DNA of 64,000 bases from Halodesulfurarchaeum sp. (GCA_034520565.1 JAXHNL010000002.1:672001-736000), one strand, 5' to 3'; counted from the stretch's first letter, positions 8,780 through 20,803 are shown. Translations and numbers: made by a program. The notes: a model not told the origin generated them from the letters alone.

Positions 8780-9961
8780 ATGGGAACGAAACACCCGACG
8801 GACGCCGACGGCACTGGGGATCGATCCCGGTCACTCGTAGGGCCGTCGAACGATACCCACCCGCCGGTCCTGTCGCTCGAATCGGTCCGGACCGCCTTCG
8901 ACGGCGAAGCCGCGATCGAGAACTTCACGCTCTCCGTGCGTGACGGCGAACTGTTGACGATTCTGGGCCCGTCTGGCTGTGGCAAGACGACGGTCCTCCG
9001 GACGATCGCCGGGCTCGAGCGCCCGGATTCGGGGACGGTCCGGATCGACGGCACCACGGTCGCAGACGACCGAACCTTCGTCCAGCCGGAAAAGCGGAAC
9101 GTGGGCATCGTCTTCCAGGACTTCGCGCTGTTCTCCCACATGACCGTGGCCGAGAACGTGGCCTTCGGCATCGAGGACTGGCCCGCCGACCGGCGGGAAC
9201 GCCGTGTCGACGAGCTGTTGACCCTCGTGGGGCTGGAGGGGGCCGGCGATCGCTCGCCACAGGCACTCTCCGGCGGCCAGAAACAGCGGGTCGCCCTGGC
9301 CCGTGCGCTTGCCCCCGAACCGGACGTACTGCTGCTGGACGAACCGTTTTCGAGCCTCGACCGCGACCTCCGCGAGCGGATGCGCGAGGAGGTCAGGCGC
9401 ATTCTCCAGGCGGCCGGGGTCACCACCGTGTTCGTCACCCACGACCAGACCGAGGCCCTCTCGATCTCCGATCGGGTCGCGGTGATGTGTGACGGCCGGC
9501 TCGAACAGATCGGGCACCCCGAGTCGGTCTTCAAGGGACCGAACACCCGATTCGTCGCGAACTTCCTCGGCAACCCGACGTTTCTCGCGGGGGACGTGGG
9601 CGAGTCGGCCGTATCGACCGCCATCGGCCCTATCGGTTTCGACCAACTCCCCGGACTGGACAGCTCGGACCAGGGCCGCCGGGTCGAGGTGGTGGTCAGA
9701 CCCGACGACGTCGAGGCGTTTCCCGCGCCCGAATCCGAGGCGACCGGCGTCGTCCGCCGCCGGAGCTACGAAGGCTCGACCATCCGGTACCGGATCGAAC
9801 TCGCGAACGGCTCTCACATCGAGGCGATGCACAACCACACGTCGGGCGTCGACCTCGACGATCCGGTCGCCGTGGATCTGGTCGCCGACCACGAGTTCGC
9901 GTGGTTCGGCGCCGAGACGGCGGACGACCGCTGTAATCTTCCCCCTCGAAACGGGCAATAA
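8780..9961 (+). CDS. Fe(III) ABC transporter ATP-binding protein
   Basis: GPSGCGKT Walker A, LSGGQKQR signature, LLLDEP Walker B, TOBE-like C-terminus. Confidence 0.93.
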   Translation: MGTKHPTDADGTGDRSRSLVGPSNDTHPPVLSLESVRTAFDGEAAIENFTLSVRDGELLTILGPSGCGKTTVLRTIAGLERPDSGTVRIDGTTVADDRTFVQPEKRNVGIVFQDFALFSHMTVAENVAFGIEDWPADRRERRVDELLTLVGLEGAGDRSPQALSGGQKQRVALARALAPEPDVLLLDEPFSSLDRDLRERMREEVRRILQAAGVTTVFVTHDQTEALSISDRVAVMCDGRLEQIGHPESVFKGPNTRFVANFLGNPTFLAGDVGESAVSTAIGPIGFDQLPGLDSSDQGRRVEVVVRPDDVEAFPAPESEATGVVRRRSYEGSTIRYRIELANGSHIEAMHNHTSGVDLDDPVAVDLVADHEFAWFGAETADDRCNLPPRNGQ

Positions 9962-10019
9962 TCCGCGATTAGCCCGGTGCGTAATGGTTTTGGGTGTTTG
10001 TCGGTAACGGAGCAATACA

Positions 10020-10373
10020 ATGAGTCAGAACCCGGAGGACGACCGTCTCGAGGAACTGCGCGAGCAGAAGTTACAGGAGCTACAGGAGTCCCAGGGAGGA
10101 GAAGGCGCCGGCGAGGAGGCGATGGAGGCCCAGCGCGAGCAGGCAGAGGCCCAGAAGAAAGCCCTGCTCCGCCAGCACCTCACCGACGGCGCGCGCAAGC
10201 GACTCAACACGGTGAAGATGAGCCGGGAGCAGTTCGGCGAGCAGGTCGAACAGCAGATCGTCGCTCTCGCGCGGTCGGGGCGACTTCGCGAGAAGATCGA
10301 CGAGGAGAAGATGAAGGAGCTGCTCCGGGAGATGAAACCCGACTCGAAGAGCTTCGATATCTCCCGGCGATAG
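10020..10373 (+). CDS. PDCD5/TFAR19-like DNA-binding protein
   Basis: [18 protein letters not shown]...[10 protein letters not shown] family motif. Confidence 0.9.
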   Translation: MSQNPEDDRLEELREQKLQELQESQGGEGAGEEAMEAQREQAEAQKKALLRQHLTDGARKRLNTVKMSREQFGEQVEQQIVALARSGRLREKIDEEKMKELLREMKPDSKSFDISRR

Positions 10374-10458
10374 AGTAAACTCTGGCTCGACTCGTTTTGT
10401 CGCTCCGCCGAACCGCTGGATGGACAGGTACAAGCGCCGGGTGGTCCAAATCCCTGCC

Positions 10459-11757
10459 ATGTACGACCGGCTGAAGGGATTTCGCGACTTCTACCCCGGT
10501 GAGATGGCCGCCCGTCGGGCGATGATCGACACCCTCGAGGCCACCGCTCGCCAGTACGGGTTCAGGGAGGTCGGCACGCCCGCACTCGAGCAGACGGCGA
10601 TGTACGTCGAGAAGAGCGGCGAGGAGATCGTCGATGAACTGTACGCGTTCACCGACGACGGGGGCCGCGATGTCGCCATGACGCCAGAGCTGACCCCCAC
10701 GGTCGCCCGGATGGTCGTGGCCAAACAGCAGGAACTGTCCAAACCGATCAAGTGGTTCTCGACCAGGCCGTTCTGGCGCTACGAGGAACCCCAGCAGGGC
10801 CGCTTCCGCGAGTTTTACCAGCTCAACGCCGACATCTTCGGCTCGGCCGACCCGACCGCCGACGCCGAGATCCTCGCCTACGCTGCGGATGCCCTGACAG
10901 CCCTCGGTCTCACCGCCACGGACTTCGAGTTCCGTCTCTCCCACCGGGACATTCTGGGCGGGCTCCTCGAATCGATCTCGGGCGAGGTCGACACCCGGGC
11001 CGCGATCCGCGCCGTCGACAAGAGCGAGAAGATCGAGCGGGCCGAGTACCACGACCTGCTCGTGGATGCGGGCCTCACCCGCGAGCAGGCCGTCGAGTTC
11101 GACGATCTGCTCGGCGCCGAGGACCTCGAAGCGGTCCGGGACTTCGCCGGAACCGAGCGGGTGGATGCGGCCGTCGAGAACCTCCAGGCCGTGCTCGCGG
11201 CCGCCGAGGACTACGGCGTCCGGGAGTACCTCACGCTCTCGCTGGAAACGGCCCGGGGGCTCGATTACTACACCGGGGTCGTCTTCGAGTGCTTCGATTC
11301 GACCGGGGACGTCTCGCGGGCGGTCTTCGGCGGCGGCCGCTACGACGACCTCATCGAGAGCTTCGGCGGCCAGCCCACGCCAGCAGTAGGCGTCGCCCCA
11401 GGCCTCGCCCCGCTCTCGCTTCTGCTCCAGCGGGCGGGCGTCTGGCCCGAAGAGTCCCTCGCGACGGATTACTACGTCCTCCAGATCGGGGACACCCGTT
11501 CCGAGGCCGCCCGGATCGTCCGGGCGTTGCGCGACCGCGGCCACGTCGTCGAGACCGACGTTTCGGGGCGCTCCTTCGGCGCGCAACTGGATTACGCGGA
11601 CTCGATCAATGCCGAGACGGTGGTCATCGTCGGCGAACAGGACCTCGGCGAGGGCATGGTCACGGTGAAGGACATGCGATCCGGCGACCAGCGACAGGTG
11701 CCAGTCGAATCGTTCCCCGGCGACCACGAGGACCCCCGCCTCGCCGATTTCGAGTAG
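10459..11757 (+). CDS. hisS: Histidine--tRNA ligase
   Basis: KGFRDF, PELT, WRYEEPQQGRFREFYQ, RGLDYYTG, GGGRYD motifs. Confidence 0.97.
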   Translation: MYDRLKGFRDFYPGEMAARRAMIDTLEATARQYGFREVGTPALEQTAMYVEKSGEEIVDELYAFTDDGGRDVAMTPELTPTVARMVVAKQQELSKPIKWFSTRPFWRYEEPQQGRFREFYQLNADIFGSADPTADAEILAYAADALTALGLTATDFEFRLSHRDILGGLLESISGEVDTRAAIRAVDKSEKIERAEYHDLLVDAGLTREQAVEFDDLLGAEDLEAVRDFAGTERVDAAVENLQAVLAAAEDYGVREYLTLSLETARGLDYYTGVVFECFDSTGDVSRAVFGGGRYDDLIESFGGQPTPAVGVAPGLAPLSLLLQRAGVWPEESLATDYYVLQIGDTRSEAARIVRALRDRGHVVETDVSGRSFGAQLDYADSINAETVVIVGEQDLGEGMVTVKDMRSGDQRQVPVESFPGDHEDPRLADFE

Positions 11758-11760
11758 GCA

Positions 11761-12636
11761 ATGCGCGCCTACCGCGTCGCCTACGACGGCCGGGCCTATC
11801 ACGGCTTCCAGCGGCAACCTGCAGTCCCGACCGTCGAGAACACCTTGTTTTCGGGACTGCGGGATCTCGGCCTCGAATTCGACGACGATCCCCCCGGCTA
11901 CGCCGCGGCCGGCCGCACTGACCGGGGTGTCTCTGCCCTGGCCCAGACCATCGCCTTGGACGCCCCGAAGTGGCTCTCGCCACGGGCGTTCACGACCCAG
12001 CTCCCCACGGACGTGCACGTGTGGGCGAGCGCGGACGCGCCCGATGATTTTCACGCCACCCACGACGCGATCGCTCGGGAATACACGTATTACCTGCACG
12101 TGGGCGGTTCCCCTTCAGGCTCCGAAACCTCCGAGAGCGGGGGGCGCGGGCCGGGCGACGACCCGGTTCGGATCGAGGCGATCGAATCGCGGCTCTCGGG
12201 CGAACACGACTTTCACAACCTCGCCGCCGAGGACACCGGAACGGTCCGGGACCTGTCTGTGAGGAGCCGGCGGGAGGGCTTCTACCGCGTCATTCGCGTC
12301 CGGACGGACGGGTTTCCCCGGCAGCTCGTCCGACGACTCGTGACCCTCTATGACCGCGTGCGATCCGGTCGGGCCGATCTCGACTTCCTCGATCGGGTAC
12401 TGGGACCGGAACCGCTCCCGGGCCCCGACGGGATCGAACCGGCGCCGGCTCACCCGCTCGTCCTGACCGATGTCGAGTACGGCCTCGACTTCGAGCCGGA
12501 TCCGACGGCCGTGGAACTGGCTCGCGAAGCCGTTTCCGCGCAGGTACGACGTGACCGGTCACGAGCCACCGCGCTGGAATCGATCGAGGGCGACATTCCG
12601 GATCGCGGCACCGTGGACCGCCCCGACAACCCTTAA
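11761..12636 (+). CDS. truA: tRNA pseudouridine(38-40) synthase
   Basis: YDGRAYHGFQRQ and AGRTDRGVSA motifs. Confidence 0.93.
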   Translation: MRAYRVAYDGRAYHGFQRQPAVPTVENTLFSGLRDLGLEFDDDPPGYAAAGRTDRGVSALAQTIALDAPKWLSPRAFTTQLPTDVHVWASADAPDDFHATHDAIAREYTYYLHVGGSPSGSETSESGGRGPGDDPVRIEAIESRLSGEHDFHNLAAEDTGTVRDLSVRSRREGFYRVIRVRTDGFPRQLVRRLVTLYDRVRSGRADLDFLDRVLGPEPLPGPDGIEPAPAHPLVLTDVEYGLDFEPDPTAVELAREAVSAQVRRDRSRATALESIEGDIPDRGTVDRPDNP

Positions 12637-12660
12637 TCCCTCCCGCGTGCCACGGTGGGT

Positions 12661-14457
12661 ATGGGAACGGTGCCAGAACGCGAGGAACTGCCGGTCGAGT
12701 ACACCTGGGACCTCGAGGCGATCTTCGAGTCGACCGGGGAGTGGGAGGACACCTTCGAGGCCGTCTCCAGTCGCCTCGATTCGATCCGCGAGTACGAGGG
12801 CCGGCTCGGCGAGGACGGCGAAACCCTGGCCGAGGCGCTCGCGAGACGGGACGAGTTGGCCCGCGAGGTCGAACAGGTCGTCGCCTACGCCCGGATGCGC
12901 TCGGACGAGGACACCCGCGACCAGGAAGCACAGGGTCGGGCGACGCGGGCCCGGACGCTGGCCGCTGAAGCCGCGAGTGCGAGTTCCTTTATCGAGCCGG
13001 AGACCCAGCAACTTCCCGCCGAACAGGTCACGGAGTTCCTCGAGACGACCCCCGAACTCGAGGACTACGAGCACTACCTCGAGGACGTCCTCCGGGTCGC
13101 CCCCCACACCCGCTCGGCCGAGGTCGAGCAGGTGCTCTCGGAACTGGGCGAGGTGCTCGGTGCGCCCGCGGACGTTTTCGGCAAACTCACGGACGCCGAC
13201 CTCACCTTCCCGACCGTCGAGGACGCGGAGGGCGAGGGGGTGGAGATCACCCAGTCGAACTTCACGTCGCTGCTCCAGCGTCCCGACCGGGACTTCCGGG
13301 AGCGGGTCTACGACGCCTTCTACGGCGAACTCGGCGGGGTCCGCAACACGCTCGGCACCGCCCTGAACCACCAGGTTCGAAAGCACGTCAAGAGCGCCGA
13401 CATCCGGGACTACGAGTCGCCTCGCGCGGCCGCTCTGGACGGCGCGAACGTCCCCGAAACGGTCTACACGTCCCTCGTGGAGGCCGTCGAGTCGAACCTC
13501 GACACGCTCCATCGGCACCTCGAACTGAAAGCCGACGTCCTCGCTCTCGAGGAACTGGCGATGTGGGACGTCTACGCCCCGACCGCCCCCGGGGAGAGTC
13601 CGGAAATCGAGTACGAGGACGCGACCGAGATGGTCGTCGAGGCACTGGCTCCGCTGGGCGAGGACTACCAGGACCGGGTCGCGGCGGGGATCGAGTCCCG
13701 CTGGATCGACGTCCACGAGAACCGGGGCAAGCGCTCCGGGGCCTACTCCGGGGGTACCTACGACACCCAGCCCTACATCCTGCTGAACTGGCAATCCGAC
13801 GTCTCCTCGCTTTACACCCTCGCCCACGAACTCGGGCATTCGATGCACTCCCAACTTGCGGACGAGGCCCAGCCCTACGTGGACGCCGACTACGAAATCT
13901 TCGTCGCGGAGGTAGCCTCGACGGTCAACGAGACCCTGCTCACCCACCACCTGCTCGAGACCGTCGAGGACGAGCAGTTCCGCGCTCACGTCCTCGACCA
14001 GTTCCTCGAGCGCTTCCGCTCGACGCTCTACCGCCAGACGCTCTTTGCCGCCTTCGAAGCGGAGATCCACGAGCGCTCGGCGGCCGGCGAACCGCTGACG
14101 CCCGACCGGCTGGACGAACTGTACGGGGCGCGGAAGGAACGGTACTACGAACCAGCGGCCGTCGACGAGACGATCCGCGCGGAGTGGATGCGGATCCCGC
14201 ATTTCTACTACAACTTTTATGTCTACCAGTACGCGACCGGCCTGAGCGCCGCCGTGGCGATCGTCGATCGCATTGAACGCGAAGGCGAGTCCGCGGCCGA
14301 CGCGTATCTCGACGCCCTGGCACTCGGCGAGAGCGAGTACCCCCTCGACGTGCTTCGGACCGCCGGCGTCGACATGGCCGAACCCGACCCTATCGAGACG
14401 GCGATCGGGGAGTACGGAACCCGGATCGGGCAGATGGCCGATCTGCTGGAGCACTAG
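12661..14457 (+). CDS. pepF: Oligoendopeptidase F (M3B)
   Basis: YTWDL, GKRSGAYS, HELGH, AEVAS, HFYYNFYVYQYATG motifs. Confidence 0.95.
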   Translation: MGTVPEREELPVEYTWDLEAIFESTGEWEDTFEAVSSRLDSIREYEGRLGEDGETLAEALARRDELAREVEQVVAYARMRSDEDTRDQEAQGRATRARTLAAEAASASSFIEPETQQLPAEQVTEFLETTPELEDYEHYLEDVLRVAPHTRSAEVEQVLSELGEVLGAPADVFGKLTDADLTFPTVEDAEGEGVEITQSNFTSLLQRPDRDFRERVYDAFYGELGGVRNTLGTALNHQVRKHVKSADIRDYESPRAAALDGANVPETVYTSLVEAVESNLDTLHRHLELKADVLALEELAMWDVYAPTAPGESPEIEYEDATEMVVEALAPLGEDYQDRVAAGIESRWIDVHENRGKRSGAYSGGTYDTQPYILLNWQSDVSSLYTLAHELGHSMHSQLADEAQPYVDADYEIFVAEVASTVNETLLTHHLLETVEDEQFRAHVLDQFLERFRSTLYRQTLFAAFEAEIHERSAAGEPLTPDRLDELYGARKERYYEPAAVDETIRAEWMRIPHFYYNFYVYQYATGLSAAVAIVDRIEREGESAADAYLDALALGESEYPLDVLRTAGVDMAEPDPIETAIGEYGTRIGQMADLLEH

Positions 14458-14957
14458 TCGGCAAGCCGTTTTCGCATTTCGAGGACCGTGCCCTCGACGC
14501 TCCCGTCGAACTCGTAGTCGACCTCCCGGACCGTCAAAAAGCCGTTGGCTTGGTAGAACGGGACCGCGTTCAGCGAGGCCCAGAGCCCGAGCGAAACCAG
14601 CCCGAGTTCGCGTGCGCGGGTCTCCAGGGCCTCGTAAATCGTCGTCCCGATCCCCTGCCGGGCGAACGCCGGGTGGACGTAGATCGCCACGATCTTGGCG
14701 TCGACGTCGGCCTCGAACTCCCCGTCCGGATCGGTCGACAGCCAGCCAAAGCCCACGATCGAGCCGCCTCGCTCGGCGACGAAGACGGTCGTTTCCGGCT
14801 CGTCGATCGGGTAGGACGCCGGATCGCGGTCGTGCGCCCAGGCCTCGACCTGCTCCGTCGAGTATCGCTCCCCACCCAACCCGCCGATGGAGGCGAGGTG
14901 CAGGTCCCGGATGGCCTCGGCGTCCGCCGGGCGCGCCCGGCGGATCGAGAGGGACAT
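14454..14957 (-). CDS. GNAT family N-acetyltransferase
   Basis: IYVHPAFARQGIG acetyl-CoA motif, NAVPFYQANGF. Confidence 0.9.
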   Translation of the reverse strand: MSLSIRRARPADAEAIRDLHLASIGGLGGERYSTEQVEAWAHDRDPASYPIDEPETTVFVAERGGSIVGFGWLSTDPDGEFEADVDAKIVAIYVHPAFARQGIGTTIYEALETRARELGLVSLGLWASLNAVPFYQANGFLTVREVDYEFDGSVEGTVLEMRKRLAD

Positions 14958-15029
14958 GGCTCCAGTTCGGTCCCCGACGACCAAGAAACTCGTCGTTCCC
15001 GCGCAATTGGCCCGCACTGTCCAGCTCGG

Positions 15030-16346
15030 CTACCTGTCGGCCAGTCGCTCGGCGGCCCCCTTCGCGTCGGCGAGCCGCCCAATGATCCCCGCCCGGTCGG
15101 TGTAGTTGGTGACGAACTCGATATCCGTCGGCGGATCCAGGCGGTCGAGGGCCGCCCAGGAACGGTCGTAGGCCGGCATGCCCGGCTCCCACCGGTGGAC
15201 GTTGAGTACCCCGGCCTCGCTTCCGAGCAGGTCCTCGAACTCCGCCGCGGCGATGGTGCCGATCTCCGCGTCGTCCTTTTCGAGCAGGCCGTCCTCCCGA
15301 CCGCCCCCGAGATAGGCGGTGTAGACGCCGTTGCGGTCCAGCATGCTGGCGTTCCAGGTCATCCCGAGCGTGTCGTAGCCCGCCTCCGGCAGGATCTGGC
15401 AGCCGTGGCCGACGACGCCGGCGTCCGCGTGCAGATTGACCACGACGATCGGGTTGTAGTTGAACTCCCGGAGGGTGGACGCGAGGGTCGAATCAACCGG
15501 CTCGAGGAGGCTCGCCGCCGTCGGTGCCGGCGGGGTCATCCCGACCGCGTCGACCGGGGTCCGGCCAGCGTCGGTGACGATCTCGTAGCCGTTGTCGGCC
15601 GGTTCGATCGCCTCGACCGAGGTGGCAAACTCGATGCTGTCGGCGTGGCGCTCGGCGAGTGCCTCGGGGAGCCGAGCGAGCCCGTCCTCGAAGGACACGA
15701 TCGGTGGTGGGTCCCGCCCCGTGAGGGCGTACGGGGCGACAGCTTTGAGGATCGATCCGTCGATCCCGTGCCGTTCGAGCGCCCGCCCCAGGGAGTACTC
15801 GACGAGCATCTCGTCGGCCGCGGTCCCGTAGAGTCCGGTATAGAGCGGCGCGAACAGGCGGTGGGCGGCCTCGTGACCGAACTTCCGGGTGAGGAACCCC
15901 TCGACGGTTTCGTCCGGTTTGGGTCCGCCAGTTAGCGGCTCGGCGAGCACGCGGAGTTTCCCCCGCCAGGAGAACAGGTCGGTCGTGATCGCCTCCCTGA
16001 GCGACAGGGGGGCGACCCGGAATTTCCCGTCGTGGTAGATGTACAGGGGTTGGTCGGTGTCGCCCTCGCGGAGTTCGGACTCGAGGGAGAGTTCCTCGAC
16101 GAGGGCCCTCACCGGTCCGGCGAGGCGGAGTCGCTGCGGACCGAGTTCGACCACGTGACCGTCGACGTTTCGGGACTGGATCGTCCCGCCGGGTCGGTCG
16201 GCGGCCTCGAAGGTCACGGTCTCCACGCCCCGTTGTCGAAGGTAATGGGTCAGCGCCAGCCCCGAGATGCCGGCCCCGACGACCCCCACCCGCGGTTCGT
16301 CGGTTTCGGTTCTTGCCGAATCGTCTCCCCCGTGAGCAGCCGGCAT
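15030..16346 (-). CDS. hemY: Protoporphyrinogen/coproporphyrinogen oxidase (HemY-type flavoprotein)
   Basis: VVGAGISGL FAD motif, ELGPQ, GLYG, SFEDGL..LPEAL; located in a heme cluster. Confidence 0.85.
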   Translation of the reverse strand: MPAAHGGDDSARTETDEPRVGVVGAGISGLALTHYLRQRGVETVTFEAADRPGGTIQSRNVDGHVVELGPQRLRLAGPVRALVEELSLESELREGDTDQPLYIYHDGKFRVAPLSLREAITTDLFSWRGKLRVLAEPLTGGPKPDETVEGFLTRKFGHEAAHRLFAPLYTGLYGTAADEMLVEYSLGRALERHGIDGSILKAVAPYALTGRDPPPIVSFEDGLARLPEALAERHADSIEFATSVEAIEPADNGYEIVTDAGRTPVDAVGMTPPAPTAASLLEPVDSTLASTLREFNYNPIVVVNLHADAGVVGHGCQILPEAGYDTLGMTWNASMLDRNGVYTAYLGGGREDGLLEKDDAEIGTIAAAEFEDLLGSEAGVLNVHRWEPGMPAYDRSWAALDRLDPPTDIEFVTNYTDRAGIIGRLADAKGAAERLADR

Positions 16347-16348
16347 AC

Positions 16349-17482
16349 TCAGTCCCCGACTGCGTCCCCGGAAATCAGCGTCTCGACGTACGGACACAGC
16401 GGGTCACTGGCCATCGGGTTCCCGGTCGCGGCGTAGGCCCGCGAGCGACTCCCGCCGCAGATCTCCCGGTGCTCGCAGGTGCCACAGGAGCCGGTGAGTT
16501 GGCTGTCGTCCCGGAGCATACCGAATAGATCCGAGTCGCGATAGATGTCCACAAGCGAGGTCTCGGTCACGTTGCCGCCCGTGAGCGGCATGAATCCCGA
16601 GGGGAACACGTCTCCCTGGTGGCTCACGAAGACGAAGCCCTTGCCGGCCCGTGTCGAGCCCACCCGGACGGAATTCCCACTTGTCGCCTGCTCGACCTGA
16701 TTGGCGACGACCCGGTAGTGGGGAGCCTCGACGGTGATCGTCCGGTATGGAGCCGACTTCTGCCGCTCGTAGAGGAACTCCATCACGTCGACGGTTTCTG
16801 CGGGGTCGAGTTGTTCGAGTTCGGTGCCTCGTCCGATCGGAACGAGGAAGAACACTTCCCACATCGCCGCGCCGAGTTCCTCGACGAGGTCGGCGATCGC
16901 CGGGAGGTCCTCGACGGTGTTGGCGGTCACCGTGGTGTTGATCTGGATGCCCAGGCCGGCGTCTTTGGCCATCCGTGCCCGCTCCATGATGAGATCGAAC
17001 GACCCGTCCTCACCCCGGAAGGTGTCGTGATTTGCCGCCGACGCGCCGTCCAGAGAGAGCGCGATGCGCTTGACGCCGAGGTCGGCGAACGTTTCGAGCA
17101 CGTCCCGGGTCAAAAGCGGTGTCGGGGCGGGGGTGACCGCCGTCGGGAGCCCCTGGTCGGTCGCATAGTCGATGAGTTCATAGAGGTCGGAGCGCTTGAG
17201 CGGGTCTCCGCCCGAGATCACGAAGATCGGCGAGTGGTGGCCGAAGTCGGCGATCTGGTCGATCAACGCCTTCCCTTCGGCCGTCGAGAGTTCGTTCGGG
17301 TCCCGGTCCGGCTGGGCGTCGGCCCGACAGTGATCGCATTCGAGGTCACAGGCCTGTGTCACCTCCCACGTCGCGATGAGCGGGGTTCGGTCGTAGTTCC
17401 GGCCGCCCGGCCCGCCGCTGTGGGGGCCATCCCCCGAGTCGCCGCTCCCACCGGGCGTTCCGCCCGGATGTCCGTGAGCCAT
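16349..17482 (-). CDS. Radical SAM/SPASM protein (AhbD/NirJ-like, heme biosynthesis)
   Basis: WEVTQACDLECDHC CxxxCxxC motif; C-terminal CGTC...ICGGSRSRA...DPLC SPASM. Confidence 0.85.
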   Translation of the reverse strand: MAHGHPGGTPGGSGDSGDGPHSGGPGGRNYDRTPLIATWEVTQACDLECDHCRADAQPDRDPNELSTAEGKALIDQIADFGHHSPIFVISGGDPLKRSDLYELIDYATDQGLPTAVTPAPTPLLTRDVLETFADLGVKRIALSLDGASAANHDTFRGEDGSFDLIMERARMAKDAGLGIQINTTVTANTVEDLPAIADLVEELGAAMWEVFFLVPIGRGTELEQLDPAETVDVMEFLYERQKSAPYRTITVEAPHYRVVANQVEQATSGNSVRVGSTRAGKGFVFVSHQGDVFPSGFMPLTGGNVTETSLVDIYRDSDLFGMLRDDSQLTGSCGTCEHREICGGSRSRAYAATGNPMASDPLCPYVETLISGDAVGD

Positions 17483-17604
17483 TGGTTGCAGGTACGGGGC
17501 CGATGGATAAAAGCCCCGTTCTCGGCGGGCGACCCAGCGGGGCCACCGAAGAGCCGCGAATTTATACCGGTCGGCCGATTAACCCCTAGGTAGACGAATC
17601 ATCG

Positions 17605-18918
17605 ATGAACGAACTGTCTGCGATCTCGGTCTCGCACAAGCGGGCTTCCGTCGAGCAGATCAGTCAGTTGACCGAGCGCTCGACTGACGAGCTGCTCTCG
17701 AAACTGCTCGCGGCGGGGGCGACGGAGGCCTACGTGTTGCACACGTGCAATCGGGCCGAGTACTACGTCACCGGCCCGACCGAGGCCCGCGAGGCCGCCC
17801 TCGAGGGCGTGGACGTTTCCGTGGACGTCGTCAAGCGGATCGAGGGCCCCGACGTCGCCCGGCATCTCTTCCGGGTCGCCGCCGGACTGGAAAGCATGGT
17901 CGTCGGGGAGGACGAGATCCTCGGCCAGGTGGCGGACGCACAGGAGACGGCCATTCCGTATCTCGATGGAACACTCGGACCGGTCGTGGAGCGGGCGATC
18001 CGGGTCGGCAAGCGGGTCAGGTCGGAAACCCGGATCAACGAGGGCAACTCCTCGATGGGCACGGCGGCGGCCGAACTCGCCAGCAAACAGGTCGAGGACA
18101 TCGGGGAGACACGCGCCATCGTCATCGGGGCCGGCGAGATGGGTCGACTCGTCGCCTCGCCGCTGGCAGACCGGGGGGTCGACTTGCTGGTGACCAACCG
18201 GACCTACGACTCGGCCAAGGACCTGGCCGAGCGGGTCGATGGCACGCCGATCTGCTTCGAGGCCGTCCAATCCCGACTCCAGTACGTGGATCTCGTCGTC
18301 ACGGCGACCGACGCCCCACATCCGATTCTCGACGCCACGACCTTCAAGGGGGCCGACGTCGTCGCGCTGGACCTGGCGAACCCGCCCGACATCGACCGGA
18401 CGGTCGAGGACCTGGACACCGTGACGGTGTTCGACATCGACGACATCGGGAGCATCGTCGACAGCGTGATGGCCCGACGCAGCGAGGCGGCCGCGGAGGC
18501 CGAAACCATCGTCGACGGGGAGATGGCGGCCCTCGAACGCGACCTGAAAAAGCGGGAGGCCGAATCGATGCTCTCGACGATCTACGAGCGGGCCGAGGAA
18601 CTCCGGTCGGCCGAAGTCCGGCGCGCGGCAAACCGCCTCGAGGAGAACGGCGGCCTGAGCGAGGGGGAACGGGAGATCCTCGAGGAGATGGGCTCGGCGC
18701 TCGTCAACAAACTCCTCTCGACGCCGACCCGGACGATCAAGGAGGCCGCCGTCTCGGAGGATTACGAGACCCTGCGGGCGGTCGCCGAGGTCTTTCAGGT
18801 GCCGGAGGAACCACCCGCAGGTGCGGAACAGGCCGCTCCGGCCGACGAGCGTCGATCGGACTCGACCGATCCGGCAACGACCGGACCCGGGCCGGTCGAG
18901 GACGAGCCGAGTCCCTAA
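17605..18918 (+). CDS. hemA: Glutamyl-tRNA reductase
   Basis: TCNRAE, HLFRVAAGLESMVVGEDEILGQV, IGAGEMG. Confidence 0.96.
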   Translation: MNELSAISVSHKRASVEQISQLTERSTDELLSKLLAAGATEAYVLHTCNRAEYYVTGPTEAREAALEGVDVSVDVVKRIEGPDVARHLFRVAAGLESMVVGEDEILGQVADAQETAIPYLDGTLGPVVERAIRVGKRVRSETRINEGNSSMGTAAAELASKQVEDIGETRAIVIGAGEMGRLVASPLADRGVDLLVTNRTYDSAKDLAERVDGTPICFEAVQSRLQYVDLVVTATDAPHPILDATTFKGADVVALDLANPPDIDRTVEDLDTVTVFDIDDIGSIVDSVMARRSEAAAEAETIVDGEMAALERDLKKREAESMLSTIYERAEELRSAEVRRAANRLEENGGLSEGEREILEEMGSALVNKLLSTPTRTIKEAAVSEDYETLRAVAEVFQVPEEPPAGAEQAAPADERRSDSTDPATTGPGPVEDEPSP

Positions 18919-19028
18919 GGTTCCAATGAGCCGTGTCGACGTGGCGACCGGATGGAGCCGGTGACCCCCACAAACGGGTCCGCCGACCCAAAGGAACTTG
19001 ATTATCCGGACCGTACGACCGCCAAACG

Positions 19029-20258
<1,230 letters not shown>

Positions 20259-20329
20259 GGGCCCGATTGCTGACTGAGGCGGTTTCCGAACCGACATGGC
20301 TTAGTTCCACAATCCCATTTCCGGAACAA

Positions 20330-20803
20330 ATGGGGACGATCCGGATCGTCTGGGGGACGGGACGCGGGCCGACCGAGACGGCGGCATACGACGCCGCCCT
20401 GGCCGCGGCCAACGTCCACAATTACAACCTCGTCCGCGTCTCCTCGATCGTCCCGGCCGACGGGGACGTCGTCCGTGTCGATACCGCCCCGGACCTCGGC
20501 CCAGCCGGGGGACGGCTCACGGTCGTCGAGGCCGAATCGACGGTGACGGGACCGGGGGTCACGTCGGCCGGGCTCGCCTGGACCACGGGCGAGGGCCCCG
20601 GATTGTTCTACGAGTCGGCCGGCCCCTCGGAGCCCGAGTCAGTCGAGCGGCGAATTCGGGCGGGGATCGAGGCCGGCCAGGCGCTCAGGGACTGGCCGGA
20701 GGCCGACGTCGAAACCCGGACGGCGACGATCGAAGCCGAAAGCGGTGAGTACGCCAGTGCGGTCGTCCTGGCCGTTTACGGCGAGAGCGAGCCGATCTTG
20801 TGA
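20330..20803 (+). CDS. pdaD: Pyruvoyl-dependent arginine decarboxylase
   Basis: YDAALAAANVHNYNLVRVSSIVP with SS self-cleavage site. Confidence 0.9.
   Translation: MGTIRIVWGTGRGPTETAAYDAALAAANVHNYNLVRVSSIVPADGDVVRVDTAPDLGPAGGRLTVVEAESTVTGPGVTSAGLAWTTGEGPGLFYESAGPSEPESVERRIRAGIEAGQALRDWPEADVETRTATIEAESGEYASAVVLAVYGESEPIL

Noticed and set aside
12559-15192. 877-aa - strand ORF, and similar long ORFs at 10204-12099, 25681-27309, 54443-56203 and 61285-63153
   Set aside because: High-GC shadow frames overlapping well-supported genes; no family motifs.
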